From Deltaproteobacteria bacterium (GTDB lineage Bacteria > SAR324 > XYD2-FULL-50-16), in contig JABGPJ010000073.1 of assembly GCA_018645005.1 (NCBI GenBank), forward strand, positions 8,274 to 72,273: a stretch of DNA of 64,000 nt. Reading direction: 5' to 3'. Under the pieces are notes generated by a model. The model was given only the letters and a program-made list of their open reading frames with translations. It ran no database searches and was not told where the DNA came from. A program made the position numbers and the translations under genes. Shown one piece after another: positions 25,107 through 35,493 of the stretch; the stretch's first letter is position 1, and the number at the start of each line of letters is the position of its first letter.

Positions 25107-26159
25107 ATGCAGACAATATTGATTCTTTGTGGTGGTGAAAGTGGAGAACATGAAGTTTCCCTTCAATCTGCCAACAGTATTGCCCGTTTCCTTCCCAAGG
25201 ATCGGTATCGGGCGATAATCGTGGGAATTGACAAAACCGGACAGTGGGTGACCGGAGACCCGTTGTTGCAGAATGCAGACGATCCATCCGCCATTGCGTT
25301 GGCGGAGGACCTAACGCCGGCAAAACTGGAAAACCGTTGTTTAAACGGAGAGAAAATCGATGCTGTCTTCCCTATCATTCATGGTACTCACGGTGAAGAT
25401 GGGGCGTTACAAGGTCTGTTGCAAATGCAGCATTTACCTTACGTCGGATCCGGCGTGCTTGGATCCGCTGTGGGTATGGACAAGGATTTGATGAAACGCC
25501 TGCTGCTCCATGCCGGTTTGAATTGTGCAAAACATGTCGTTGTCTACAATTGGCAGGAAACCCGTCCCTCGTATATTGATCTGGTCGAAAACCTGGGACC
25601 AGTTCTGTTTGTCAAACCCTGTAATCTCGGATCCTCAGTGGGCATATCAAAAGTTAGCCGGGAAGAGGAGTTTGAGAAAGCACTCTTATTTGCGTTTCAA
25701 TTTGATACCAAAGTGATTGTGGAGTCTTTTATCGATGGTCGGGAGATTGAGGTCTCAGTGCTCGGTAACGAACGGCCGGAAGCGTCTGTCCCGGGGGAAA
25801 TTATTCCGGGGGGGGATTTCTATTCATATGATGCCAAGTATATTGAGAGTGATACAACGCAGCTGGTGATTCCTGCCGACCTCTCACCGGATTGTGTAAG
25901 TGATATCCAGGAAATAGCCAATAAATCTTTCCGTTTATTGGAGTTATGGGGGCTGGCAAGGGTTGATCTGTTTGTAGAGCAGAGTGGAAAAATATGGGTC
26001 AACGAAGTCAATACACTACCGGGTTTCACCAATATCAGCATGTATCCAAAATTATGGGAGGCGACGGGGCTGCCCTATCCTGAATTGATTCACCAGCTGA
26101 TCCAGCTGGCGATTAAACGTTTTCAGGCTGAAGAACTGCTGCAAAGAAACCGACTCTGA
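25107..26159 (+). CDS. ddl: D-alanine--D-alanine ligase
   Basis: ILCGGESGEHEVSLQS, HGTHGEDGALQGLL, an ATP-grasp core and EVNTLPGFTNISMYPKLW. Confidence 0.93.
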   Translation: MQTILILCGGESGEHEVSLQSANSIARFLPKDRYRAIIVGIDKTGQWVTGDPLLQNADDPSAIALAEDLTPAKLENRCLNGEKIDAVFPIIHGTHGEDGALQGLLQMQHLPYVGSGVLGSAVGMDKDLMKRLLLHAGLNCAKHVVVYNWQETRPSYIDLVENLGPVLFVKPCNLGSSVGISKVSREEEFEKALLFAFQFDTKVIVESFIDGREIEVSVLGNERPEASVPGEIIPGGDFYSYDAKYIESDTTQLVIPADLSPDCVSDIQEIANKSFRLLELWGLARVDLFVEQSGKIWVNEVNTLPGFTNISMYPKLWEATGLPYPELIHQLIQLAIKRFQAEELLQRNRL

Positions 26160-26200
26160 ATAAGCGAAGATTACTTGCAACTATACAGCATACGCCCCGC

Positions 26201-26224
26201 CGAGGGGATCATGATCCCCTCGGT
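26201..26224 (+). terminator. Perfect 24-nt palindrome downstream of ddl (putative terminator hairpin with a weak U-tract)
   Basis: CCGAGGGGATCATGATCCCCTCGG lies 42 nt after the ddl stop. It is followed only by TT. Confidence 0.45.
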
Positions 26225-26453
26225 TCAGGCAATGTGGTGAATAGTTACGGTTACTTTTACGATTCCATATCTTATAAGTCGATGTGGAAGGTAGAATCCG
26301 GTAACATTTTTATTGAGTTATTGATTGATATCTATCTTTTCGTTATTGCCCGTATTTTTTTGTGAGCAGTTTTTATTATCATGAAGGGTAGCTTGATGAA
26401 AAAAAACTGATTCACCCGTTGAATTAAAAACCCAAATCCTAATCAGAGGTATT

Positions 26454-26645
26454 ATGGCTAAAGAACTATTTGTTGATAAAGAAGAGTGCACAAGCTGCGC
26501 ACAGTGCACCGATGATCTACCAGACGTTTTCAAAATGGATGATGATGACTTAGCTGAAGTGCACAATTCAGAAGGTGCGTCTGAAGATGAAATCCAGGAA
26601 GAAATTGACGCATGTCCAGGTGAATGCATCCATTGGAAGGAATAG
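26454..26645 (+). CDS. Small single-cluster ferredoxin
   Basis: 63-aa acidic protein with CTSCAQC...DACPGEC, the CxxCxxC...CP cluster-binding pattern. Confidence 0.8.
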   Translation: MAKELFVDKEECTSCAQCTDDLPDVFKMDDDDLAEVHNSEGASEDEIQEEIDACPGECIHWKE

Positions 26646-26727
26646 TCAACAGGTATTCAAAAAAACATCAGTACGATCAGATGCCGGAAGTTAAATTTCC
26701 CTGTGGAAAATCCGGCAGATAACTCAA

Positions 26728-26752
26728 AGCTCCCTTTGACATACGGGGAGCT
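26728..26752. terminator. Hairpin between the convergent ferredoxin and mnmG genes (possible bidirectional terminator)
   Basis: AGCTCCC-tttgacatacg-GGGAGCT, a 7-bp stem with no clear U-tract. Confidence 0.3.
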
Positions 26753-26790
26753 GGTTCAATTGACGCTGCTCTATCCTTTCCCATTCCGCT

Positions 26791-28686
26791 TCAGTTCATT
26801 GCTTGTCGTTTCCGCAATTTTTCAAAAGCAACCATCAGGACTGTTATCGCCGCAGGGGTTACGCCACTGATTTTGCTGGCCTGACCAAGAGTTTGCGGGC
26901 GGTTTTTCTGCAGTTTTTGCATCACTTCGATAGACAATCCCCCTACGCAATTGTAATCAAATGGTTCCGGAATCTGGATCGACTCAATCTTAAGGTACTT
27001 TTGAATTTGCAGCGCCTGCCGGGCGATATAGCCTTCGTATTTGACTTCGGTTTCTACTGTTTTTTTGACAGCATCATCACAGCTCTTCAGGTAAGCGAGC
27101 GGCTCCTGGTCGTCCAATGATTCCAGAAAATTGAGGCTGTGTTCGGGTTTTTTGAGGAACTCCTGGATGCATTCTCGGCCGGTTAAAGGTCGCAGCCCTT
27201 TGGCCTGGAGTCGCTCGTTGGTTTTCGGTTTAGGCAGGATATGGGTCTGACCGATAAAATCTTTGAGTTTAGCGATGCGGGACCTTTTCTCTTGAAACAT
27301 CTGATAATTCTCTTCGGGTAGAAGGCCTATATCGTAGCCTGTCTGAGCCAGTCGTAAATCGGCATTGTCCTCTCTTAATAACAACCGGTATTCAGCCCGA
27401 GATGTAAATAGGCGATAGGGTTCATCCGTGCCTTTAGATATTAGATCATCGATGAGAACGCCGATATAGGCCTGATTCCGCAGCAGGATCAAACTCTCTT
27501 TTTCCTGGTTTTTCAGAGCCGCATTCACTCCTGCAACCAATCCCTGAGCCGCTGCTTCCTCATAGCCGGACGTACCGTTGATCTGACCGGCGCAGTATAG
27601 GTTTTCCGCGTCTTTCGCTTCCAGGGTGTTTTTCAGCTGGGTCGGCAGGACGTAGTCGTATTCGATGGCATAACCTGCCCTGACGACGTCCACATTTTCT
27701 AAACCTTCAATACTTCGTAAATATTGAAGTTGAATGTCGGCAGGCAGACTGGTAGAGATCCCGTTGGGGTAGTATTCAAACGATTCCAGGCTGGTAGGCT
27801 CAAGGAAAATCTGATGACGATCGCGGTCGGGAAACTTGTTTATTTTGTCTTCTATGCTGGGGCAATAGCGGGCTCCAATTCCAGTAATCGCGCCACTGTA
27901 CATGGCTGATTGCTTGATATTTTCAGCGATGATTTCATGGGTCCTCGCATTGGTGTAAGTGATATAACAAGGGACCTGTCTGAGTTTTCGCTGACTTTTC
28001 CAGAAAGAGAATCGAATCTCTTCGTCATCCCCGGGTTGGGATTCGAGGATATCAAAATTAATTGTTCTACCGTCTAATCGCGGCGTTGTCCCTGTTTTGA
28101 GGCGACCCATCTGCAGGCCTTTTTTCACCAGATGATCGGATAGTGCGGAAGCTGGGAATTCCCACGCTCTGCCAGCTGGGAACTGTTGATGGCCGATATG
28201 AATCAGCCCGTTGAGAAACGTACCGGTTGTTAGTATGACAGCCCGGCAACCTATCTCTTCACCCAGGTTGGTATGAATTCCTGTTATTTTTTGTTTTTCC
28301 CATTTAAGGGCTGTGACTTCGGACTGCCGAATGGTCAGGTTTGCCTGGTTTTCCAGAATTGACCGCATGGTGTTTTTGTAGGCAATCATGTCTGATTGGC
28401 AGCGGGTAGCTTGAACGGCAGGCCCTTTTTTCCGGTTTAGAATTCTGAATTGAATTCCTGTTTCATCCGCAACAATTCCCATTGTTCCACCCAGGGCATC
28501 GATCTCTTTTACAAGGTGTCCCTTTGCCAGCCCTCCGATCGCGGGATTACAAGACATGGCAGCCACGTTATCGACCGTCATGGTGAGCAGAAGTGTCCTT
28601 TGATTCAGTTTCGCGGCTGCCAGAGCTGCTTCGCAGCCAGCATGTCCGCCACCGACAACAACGACGTCCCAGTTGTTATTATTCAT
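26791..28686 (-). CDS. mnmG: tRNA uridine 5-carboxymethylaminomethyl modification enzyme MnmG (GidA)
   Basis: FAD-binding motif [19 protein letters not shown] and conserved full-length (631 aa) GidA architecture. Confidence 0.95.
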   Translation of the reverse strand: MNNNNWDVVVVGGGHAGCEAALAAAKLNQRTLLLTMTVDNVAAMSCNPAIGGLAKGHLVKEIDALGGTMGIVADETGIQFRILNRKKGPAVQATRCQSDMIAYKNTMRSILENQANLTIRQSEVTALKWEKQKITGIHTNLGEEIGCRAVILTTGTFLNGLIHIGHQQFPAGRAWEFPASALSDHLVKKGLQMGRLKTGTTPRLDGRTINFDILESQPGDDEEIRFSFWKSQRKLRQVPCYITYTNARTHEIIAENIKQSAMYSGAITGIGARYCPSIEDKINKFPDRDRHQIFLEPTSLESFEYYPNGISTSLPADIQLQYLRSIEGLENVDVVRAGYAIEYDYVLPTQLKNTLEAKDAENLYCAGQINGTSGYEEAAAQGLVAGVNAALKNQEKESLILLRNQAYIGVLIDDLISKGTDEPYRLFTSRAEYRLLLREDNADLRLAQTGYDIGLLPEENYQMFQEKRSRIAKLKDFIGQTHILPKPKTNERLQAKGLRPLTGRECIQEFLKKPEHSLNFLESLDDQEPLAYLKSCDDAVKKTVETEVKYEGYIARQALQIQKYLKIESIQIPEPFDYNCVGGLSIEVMQKLQKNRPQTLGQASKISGVTPAAITVLMVAFEKLRKRQAMN

Positions 28687-28739
28687 CTAATTTTGTCATG
28701 ACATTATTTTACCATATCGGGTGGCTGACTGTTTTGGAT

Positions 28740-28973
28740 TCAGCACCATTTAGACCACCACCGGATTATCAGCTCTTTTTCTTTTTTGAAAAATACTTCC
28801 CGGATGATTTTCTGCTCCTTGAACCCTTTGCGGAGATAATGAAGCTTAACCATCCATTCCATCTGTGTCTCACAATTTGACCATCCGCCGTTTTTTTTGA
28901 TTTTCAGAGTATCGTACTCCTCATCGGAGATCCAGACGGGAAAATCTTCCGAAAGATTCGCCACATTTATCAT
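28740..28973 (-). CDS. Hypothetical small protein (77 aa)
   Basis: ATG-initiated ORF 53 nt upstream of mnmG and co-oriented with it. It has no clear Shine-Dalgarno sequence and I recognise no family. It is supported only by ORF length and position. Confidence 0.3.
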   Translation of the reverse strand: MINVANLSEDFPVWISDEEYDTLKIKKNGGWSNCETQMEWMVKLHYLRKGFKEQKIIREVFFKKEKELIIRWWSKWC

Positions 28974-29595
28974 ATGGGATTCATGAACAGGTTTTTTTCA
29001 TTTGACAAAATCCGGAGAAACGACCCACACCAGTTTAAGCTTTCCGGACAGGTTAAAAAAATCATGCCGGGTCCAAATTTATGATTATGATTGAAAATAG
29101 ACGAATAACCGGTAATTCGGAATAGAGGATGGACCGGATTTTTAATCATCTATTAATTCAAAAAAATATGGACTCAGGATCAGGTTTAATGTAAAAATTG
29201 GGTAATGAAAATTTAATCATCAGAGGGTATTTTTGATAGATGTTGTAATTTCGATGATAATTTTTTTCTGGTCCCTTGCATCACCCTCTTAGGAAAGGTT
29301 GGCCTTTAGAGTATCAATTTCCACAGACCCAGTAAAGTGTCCAGCTTAAGAGTTGTCAGGACTGCTGTTGTTGGGAAAAAGGATGAGATATGTGAACCCG
29401 GTCTGATTGTCAAGAGGAATTGAAATAACGGTGAGGAGTAGACTGACCTGGCATGACAGGTGACGATTCGTCATGAAAGGAAAGCTATTTTTAGATTGAC
29501 AATAGATATCCTTCGACGACAATTTTAGATCCAGATGAGCCCTGTCAGATCTTGACCGAAACGATCCAGCTAGCGGGATAAATTAAGGAATTTTT

Positions 29596-31353
29596 ATGGT
29601 GTACCAAGAACTGATTGTCAATAACCTGGACCGCATTCTGGATTTCTGGCTATTGATAGATGACAAGGGAAAGGTCATACATTGTAGCCAGCTGATATAC
29701 CGTCAGCTGGGTTACAGCGAAGAGGAGGTCATCAATCAGCCTTTCCAGATTTTTTTTCCAGAGGACGATCCTGCCAGTTCGGATTTCCTTTACCAGCTGC
29801 TCTTTGACAGCTATGCCGGATCTGTGGTCAATCAGAAATCACGCATCAAACAAAAAAATGGTGTCATCATCGATATCGAGCTTTCTCTTTATCAACTGGA
29901 TAATGATGAAATGTATTTCCTGATCGTCTTTAACAATATTACAGAGGTTGTGGAGATCAGGAAGAAGATCAAATTAAAAAGTGAAAAGCTTAACGGAGAG
30001 TTCGATCTATTTGATGATCGCAACAATTACGAATCCGTCCAGGACTTTATCGATACTATTCTGGTCTCAATTACGGCCGGGCAGGGTTTGCGCTTTAATC
30101 GCGCCTTTCTTTTTCTGGTTGAAGAAGAAGAACAGATCTTAAAGGGGATTCAGGCAATCGGTCCCGGTTCCGGTGACGAGGCGGGGGTAATATATGGCGA
30201 GTTTGGCTCGGCGCCCAAAACCCTCAATGAGATGATCAAGCACTATAGGCACATGATTGGCACTGACAGTGCTGTAAACAGTATTTTGAAAGATGTGCAG
30301 ATTAAGCTGTCCGATTATCAGAATATCCTCATCAATGCGCTAAACGGCCAGAAATACATACTGATTAATGAAGATTACCCCTTGATCGACGATCCCAGTG
30401 TTGTCTGGTTGAGGGAGCTGTTCCAGGTTCATGAGTGTGCCATCATTCCTCTGCTTTGGCATGGTCGTTCAACCGGTGTCATTGTTGTGGACAATCAGGT
30501 GACCCAGTCCCGAATTACGATGCACGATATCAAAGGAATCACAAGTTATGCTGAAAGAGCAACGAACGCTCTTGAATCTTCAAAACTGTTGATTAGTCTT
30601 GAAAAAAATATCAATCTGGTAAAACAAGCAAATCTAAAAATCCGCGAAAGCCAGGAGATTCTGGTTCAAAAGGAAAAGCTGGCCGTGATGGGTGAAATGG
30701 TCGCCCATATGGCTCACGAGGTTAGAGGACCGCTTGCCACTATCGGAGGTTATGCGTCAAGGGTCTTCAAACAAATGGATGAATCCGATGGCCACCATAA
30801 TTCAATGTCCCGCATCGTCGAAACTGTCAGGACTCTGGAATTGGTGATTAATGACATCCTGGACGTCTCACTGCCAGAACCGGAGAATTCAAGGGGTTGT
30901 GATTGCGCCAAGGCTATAAACAAGGTATTAAGTTTACTGGAAGAAGAGATCCACGTCAGAAAGGTGTCAGTCAGTATGAATATTCAGGGGAGTCTGCCTG
31001 AAATAAAAATACAGGAACATCATCTATTTGAAATTATAAGTAATATTGTTAGAAATGCACTGGAATCTATCGACATTGATGGTTTACTACTGGTGTTGGC
31101 AAGTCATATTGAAGACCAGGTTGTTATCACTATTCAGGATACGGGTCCTGGTATCCCACCGGAGATCAAAAACAAAATTTTTTCTCCGTTTTTTACAACA
31201 AAGGAGGATGGTACGGGTCTTGGACTCGTAGTCGTGAAAAAACTTGTGGAAGAAAACAACGGCGCTATTGTGGTGCGCACTGCTCCGGATAAGGGAACAA
31301 CCTTTATTATTTCTTTCCCAATCGAGCACAAAGGAGTTACCCATGACGGATGA
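29596..31353 (+). CDS. PAS-GAF sensor histidine kinase
   Basis: An N-terminal PAS-like domain, a GAF-like middle region, a HisKA H-box (VAHMAHEVRGPLATI) and a HATPase_c domain with N, G1 (QDTGPGI) and G2 (GTGLGL) boxes. Confidence 0.85.
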   Translation: MVYQELIVNNLDRILDFWLLIDDKGKVIHCSQLIYRQLGYSEEEVINQPFQIFFPEDDPASSDFLYQLLFDSYAGSVVNQKSRIKQKNGVIIDIELSLYQLDNDEMYFLIVFNNITEVVEIRKKIKLKSEKLNGEFDLFDDRNNYESVQDFIDTILVSITAGQGLRFNRAFLFLVEEEEQILKGIQAIGPGSGDEAGVIYGEFGSAPKTLNEMIKHYRHMIGTDSAVNSILKDVQIKLSDYQNILINALNGQKYILINEDYPLIDDPSVVWLRELFQVHECAIIPLLWHGRSTGVIVVDNQVTQSRITMHDIKGITSYAERATNALESSKLLISLEKNINLVKQANLKIRESQEILVQKEKLAVMGEMVAHMAHEVRGPLATIGGYASRVFKQMDESDGHHNSMSRIVETVRTLELVINDILDVSLPEPENSRGCDCAKAINKVLSLLEEEIHVRKVSVSMNIQGSLPEIKIQEHHLFEIISNIVRNALESIDIDGLLLVLASHIEDQVVITIQDTGPGIPPEIKNKIFSPFFTTKEDGTGLGLVVVKKLVEENNGAIVVRTAPDKGTTFIISFPIEHKGVTHDG

Positions 31354-31702
31354 TAAAAGAATACTGGTCATTGATGATGATGTACATATGAGAGAATTGC
31401 TCGAGCTTGAGTTCACCGATCTGGGTTATCAGGTGACCACTGCCGACAACGCATTTTTAGGTTTGCAAAGCCTCAAAGATGAAATGGTGGATCTGGTCAT
31501 TCTGGATATCAAAATGCCTGGGATGAATGGTATTGAAGCATTGGAAAAAATCGTCAGTACCAAGAGGGAGCTCCCGGTAATAATACATAGCGCCTATAGT
31601 CACTTCAGGGAGAATTATCTGACATGGAGTGCTGTGGCTTATGTAATCAAAAGTGGTAATTTGGACGAACTGATTCAAACCGTTAAAAATCATATGAAAT
31701 AA
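31343..31702 (+). CDS. Single-domain (CheY-like) response regulator
   Basis: ATG at 31343 with AAGGAG upstream (the track ORF starts earlier, inside the kinase gene). ILVIDDD...DLVILDIKMPGMNG is a receiver domain. Confidence 0.85.
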   Translation: MTDDKRILVIDDDVHMRELLELEFTDLGYQVTTADNAFLGLQSLKDEMVDLVILDIKMPGMNGIEALEKIVSTKRELPVIIHSAYSHFRENYLTWSAVAYVIKSGNLDELIQTVKNHMK

Positions 31703-31721
31703 AATCCATTTGGGAAGGCAA

Positions 31722-32921
31722 ATGCTGCTACAAAATAAAAAAGTACTGACGTTTATCCTGGCGGGCGGTAAAGGAAGCCGTCTTTACCCCTTGACACGTG
31801 ATCGGTCCAAGCCGGCTGTATTTTTTGCCGCCCGCTTTCGAATTATTGACTTTGTCTTGTCCAGTTGTATCAATTCAGGTTTGCGGCAGGTGTATCTTTT
31901 GACCCAGACTAAAAGTCTTTCCCTTCATCAGCATCTAAGAAAAAGCTGGAATTTCCTGCCGAACGAACTTTCCGAATTCGTTGCCCCTGTTCCAGCCCAA
32001 CAGCGAATTTCTGAAGAGTGGTACAGCGGCACAGCGGATGCGATTTACCAGAATCTGCATCTACTGGAAGATCATCGACCTGAACATGTCTTTATCCTGT
32101 CTGGAGATCATATTTACAACATGGATTTCAATGAGTTGTACCGTCAGCACATTGAGCGGGCAGCCGATCTGACCATGTCGGTCCTGACAATTAAAAAAGA
32201 TGAAGCTGAACCGTTTGGTGTGCTTACCATGGATGAAGATCTAAATATTAACAGTTTTATTGAAAAACCCCAGGACCCATCACTGATACCAGGTGAAAGC
32301 GATGAGTGTCATATTAATATGGGAATCTATCTTTTTAAAACAGATTCCCTTGTCCGGATGTTGGCCAGGGATGCCCGCAAAATGACCTCACACGATTTCG
32401 GGAAGGATATCATTCCGGCCATGCTTGATGAGTATCGGGTCAACGGTTTTTCTTTTAAACACAGCCGTTTTGGCCATTACTGGCGTGATGTGGGAACGAT
32501 TCGCAGTTACTACAATGCCAATATGGATTTTCTCTCCCAATTGGGTGACCGAGTCGTCTGCACACCGGAGTGGCCAATAAAAACTTTAGGAGCGCCCTCG
32601 CCTGTATCTTATTTTGGTGGAAGTGAAGGTGTGTCGATCAAGAATTCAACAATTGATCTGGGTTCTCATCTGTATAATTGTCGCATCCATAACTCATTGA
32701 TCGGCAGAGGAGTGACGGTTGGGAACGATACTTTGATCGAAGACTCAATTATCATGACAAACAGCAGTATCGGCAGAAACTGCGTCATTCGAAACGCGAT
32801 TTTCGACAAAGATGTCATCATTCCGGATAATGTTCAAATTGGCTGCGATCCACACAAAGATCAGTCACATTTTTTTGTGTCCGATGGAATTGTTGTTATT
32901 CCGAAAGACTACCTTTTATAG
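31722..32921 (+). CDS. glgC: Glucose-1-phosphate adenylyltransferase
   Basis: ILAGGKGSRLYPLTRDRSKPAV, WYSGTADAIYQN and a C-terminal left-handed beta-helix. The ATG at 31722 is preferred over the TTG at 31710. Confidence 0.9.
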   Translation: MLLQNKKVLTFILAGGKGSRLYPLTRDRSKPAVFFAARFRIIDFVLSSCINSGLRQVYLLTQTKSLSLHQHLRKSWNFLPNELSEFVAPVPAQQRISEEWYSGTADAIYQNLHLLEDHRPEHVFILSGDHIYNMDFNELYRQHIERAADLTMSVLTIKKDEAEPFGVLTMDEDLNINSFIEKPQDPSLIPGESDECHINMGIYLFKTDSLVRMLARDARKMTSHDFGKDIIPAMLDEYRVNGFSFKHSRFGHYWRDVGTIRSYYNANMDFLSQLGDRVVCTPEWPIKTLGAPSPVSYFGGSEGVSIKNSTIDLGSHLYNCRIHNSLIGRGVTVGNDTLIEDSIIMTNSSIGRNCVIRNAIFDKDVIIPDNVQIGCDPHKDQSHFFVSDGIVVIPKDYLL

Positions 32922-33108
32922 CCCAGTCTCTTTCCAGGAAACCCGGATGACGGCAATTATAAGTACGGTTTCAAGCACTCTGAAGTTGCCAGTTAAGGAC
33001 GGAGTTTGAAAAAGACATGTTTTCGTTTCAAAATAACGATGAATTTCGGTAATCGATGGTTGTTCTTTATTGATTGATCAACCGCTCCAATCCAAAAAAG
33101 TAATAAAG

Positions 33109-35343
33109 ATGCCAGAACTCAGCAATAATATTAAAGAGGCCCTTGGCCCATCACCGGAGCCTCAGCGAAAGATACGGAACCGAATCGGGCTGATTATCTT
33201 TTGTTTTATCCTGATTATCTCCTTGTTGTCCTTTAATTACTATCAACAAGGATTAGAAGACTGGAGCAGCATTGATTTCAATCTGAATATTTTTCTCCTG
33301 ATCAACCTGAATATCCTGCTTTTAGTAACTGTAATCCTGTTGATTATCAGAAATCTGGTTAAGCTGATCTATGAAAGGAAGCGCAGAAAGCTAGGGTTCC
33401 GGCTGAAATTCAAATTAACCCTGGCTTTTGTGTTGGTCTCTTCACTACCGATGCTGATGTTCTTCTTTATTGCCAATGGGTTGCTGAGAGACAGTCTGGA
33501 TTTCTGGTTCAAAGGACAATTCGCTCTCGCTCTGAAAGATTCGGCAGGGATGGTTGAACGATTGAATCAATACCAGGCTGATGATTTAAAGCATTTGGTC
33601 AAGATTGTGGCGGACGATTATAAGAAAGATTTCGCTATAGAACCGTCTGCAGGCAATAGCGGAAAGCTGCCCAAAGAGTGGTTTCGAAATACCCTTGCCC
33701 GGTACCGGCTGGATGGCATCATCTGGTATGACGCCAACCTGGTTCCAGGCAACAGCTGGTTTCTGGACAATGGTAAAAAAGAGGCCTGGAAACCGCTTGT
33801 AAAAAATGATCTGATCGATAAATTGGCAGAATTCCCTATGGATTTTGATTGTAGAACATTGATGGGAAAAATTAACCGGGCCCTCATGCCGGTTTCGATC
33901 AAAGGTGCGGTATATTATCTGGAAGTAGCGAAACTGCAGACAGGCTCAAAATATAAAAATCTTGGCACGATACAACAAAATCTGGAAAATTTCCAAAAAC
34001 TGGCCAATCTACAAAGCCCGATCAGCACGAACTTTACGACCTACCTCCTGCTTTTTACCGTTTTAATTATCGGTGTTGGCATCTGGTTCGGCTACTATCT
34101 GGCCGGCAGCATTGTCAGGCCCATAGAGACTCTGGTAGACGGAACCCGCCGCATTGCAAAGGGAGATCTGGATTTTCAGATCGATCTGGAGGTGGATGAT
34201 GAAACCGGCATGCTGCTGGATTCATTCAACGCCATGACAAAAGAGTTGCAACAGAACAGAAAAAAACTGGCCATTAGCAGGGAGGCCCTGGTCTATACGA
34301 ATAAAACCTTAGAGGAGAGAAACATATTTGTGGAGTTGGTGCAGCAAAATATTCAAACCGGAATTATCTCGGTCGATAATTCCGGTTATATCAACGGGAT
34401 TAATCCATACATGATCAGGCTGTTCCAAATAAAACACACAGAAGTGATTCAAAAGCATTATCTCAGCATTTTGACAAAAGAGCAGAAGGAACATTTTGAG
34501 GAAATGTTGGACTTGTTAAATCAATCCGGTCAGACATCTGTCAAAAAAATCACCCATCTGACAGTGGAAAAAAGAGTTGTACGCGTCTCCATGGAGCTGT
34601 TTCAGCTGAAAAACCCACAAAGGGAGCAGTTGGGAAAGCTGCTTGTCGTAGATGATTTTACTGAAATAGATCGTTCTACGCGGGCCAGTGCATGGCGAGA
34701 GGTTGCCAGAAGAATTGCCCACGAAATAAAAAATCCACTAACCCCGATTCAACTTTCTACGCAGCGGATTCGTCGTAAGTATCTGGAAGTGATTGACGAT
34801 TCTGAAATGCTGGACAGTTGCACATCAACCATCATCAAAGAAGTTAACGGATTAAAGAAAATGGTCAACGAGTTTTCGAAATTTGCCCGCTTGCCCGAAA
34901 TCAGCCCGTCTCCCAATAATATCAACCGGATTCTTGAAAATGTCAGTGATCTGTTTAAGCAAGGGCTGCCGCCACTGATAAAGATAAACCTCACGACAGA
35001 TCCCACCATTCCAGAGACACTGCTGGATGCGGAACAGATGAAGCGGGTCTTTACAAACCTGATTGATAATGCAGTGGCTGCTATTACCGGTGCAGGGAAA
35101 ATAGACTTGATTAGTTCCTACGCGAAAGAGTTAAAAATGGTTTCCGTCAAAGTTGTTGATACGGGAAGCGGCATACCGGCTGAAATGCTCCACCGAATTT
35201 TTGACCCCTATGTGACGACAAAGAAAGATGGAACGGGCCTGGGGCTTGCCATTGTTCAACAAATTATATCCGATCATGACGGATTTATCCGTCTGCAAAA
35301 TAATGATTCAGGAACAACCTTTACGATTGAATTACCAGCTTGA
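33109..35343 (+). CDS. ntrY: NtrY-like sensor histidine kinase (multi-TM, HAMP, PAS, HisKA, HATPase)
   Basis: AWREVARRIAHEIKNPLTPIQLSTQRIRRKY is a typical NtrY H-box. A HAMP domain (DETGMLLDSFNAMTKEL) is present. The ATG at 33109 is preferred; the track start is a TTG at 33070. Confidence 0.85.
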   Translation: MPELSNNIKEALGPSPEPQRKIRNRIGLIIFCFILIISLLSFNYYQQGLEDWSSIDFNLNIFLLINLNILLLVTVILLIIRNLVKLIYERKRRKLGFRLKFKLTLAFVLVSSLPMLMFFFIANGLLRDSLDFWFKGQFALALKDSAGMVERLNQYQADDLKHLVKIVADDYKKDFAIEPSAGNSGKLPKEWFRNTLARYRLDGIIWYDANLVPGNSWFLDNGKKEAWKPLVKNDLIDKLAEFPMDFDCRTLMGKINRALMPVSIKGAVYYLEVAKLQTGSKYKNLGTIQQNLENFQKLANLQSPISTNFTTYLLLFTVLIIGVGIWFGYYLAGSIVRPIETLVDGTRRIAKGDLDFQIDLEVDDETGMLLDSFNAMTKELQQNRKKLAISREALVYTNKTLEERNIFVELVQQNIQTGIISVDNSGYINGINPYMIRLFQIKHTEVIQKHYLSILTKEQKEHFEEMLDLLNQSGQTSVKKITHLTVEKRVVRVSMELFQLKNPQREQLGKLLVVDDFTEIDRSTRASAWREVARRIAHEIKNPLTPIQLSTQRIRRKYLEVIDDSEMLDSCTSTIIKEVNGLKKMVNEFSKFARLPEISPSPNNINRILENVSDLFKQGLPPLIKINLTTDPTIPETLLDAEQMKRVFTNLIDNAVAAITGAGKIDLISSYAKELKMVSVKVVDTGSGIPAEMLHRIFDPYVTTKKDGTGLGLAIVQQIISDHDGFIRLQNNDSGTTFTIELPA

Positions 35344-35493
35344 TCAGTTAGAAATTATCCGCTATTAATGGTTCAAGGGCGGATTGGGGTTCAATCTGAT
35401 CAAGAGGCGCTTTGACGACATCCCAAGACCTGTGAAAAGCATGATTGGTATCGGCAAGACGGCTAATTTACATAAACTAAAAACAGAGCAAAA

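Noticed and set aside
24703-25323. 206-aa ORF on the minus strand
   Set aside because: It is entirely antisense to rimI and the start of ddl, both of which have strong family signatures. Its composition is Pro/Arg/Trp-rich and unlike a real protein, as expected for a shadow ORF.
28974-29595. Chromosomal origin (oriC) next to mnmG/gidA
   Set aside because: There is only one weak (7/9) DnaA-box match, no cluster of boxes, no obvious 13-mer AT-rich repeat set, and no dnaA/dnaN nearby.
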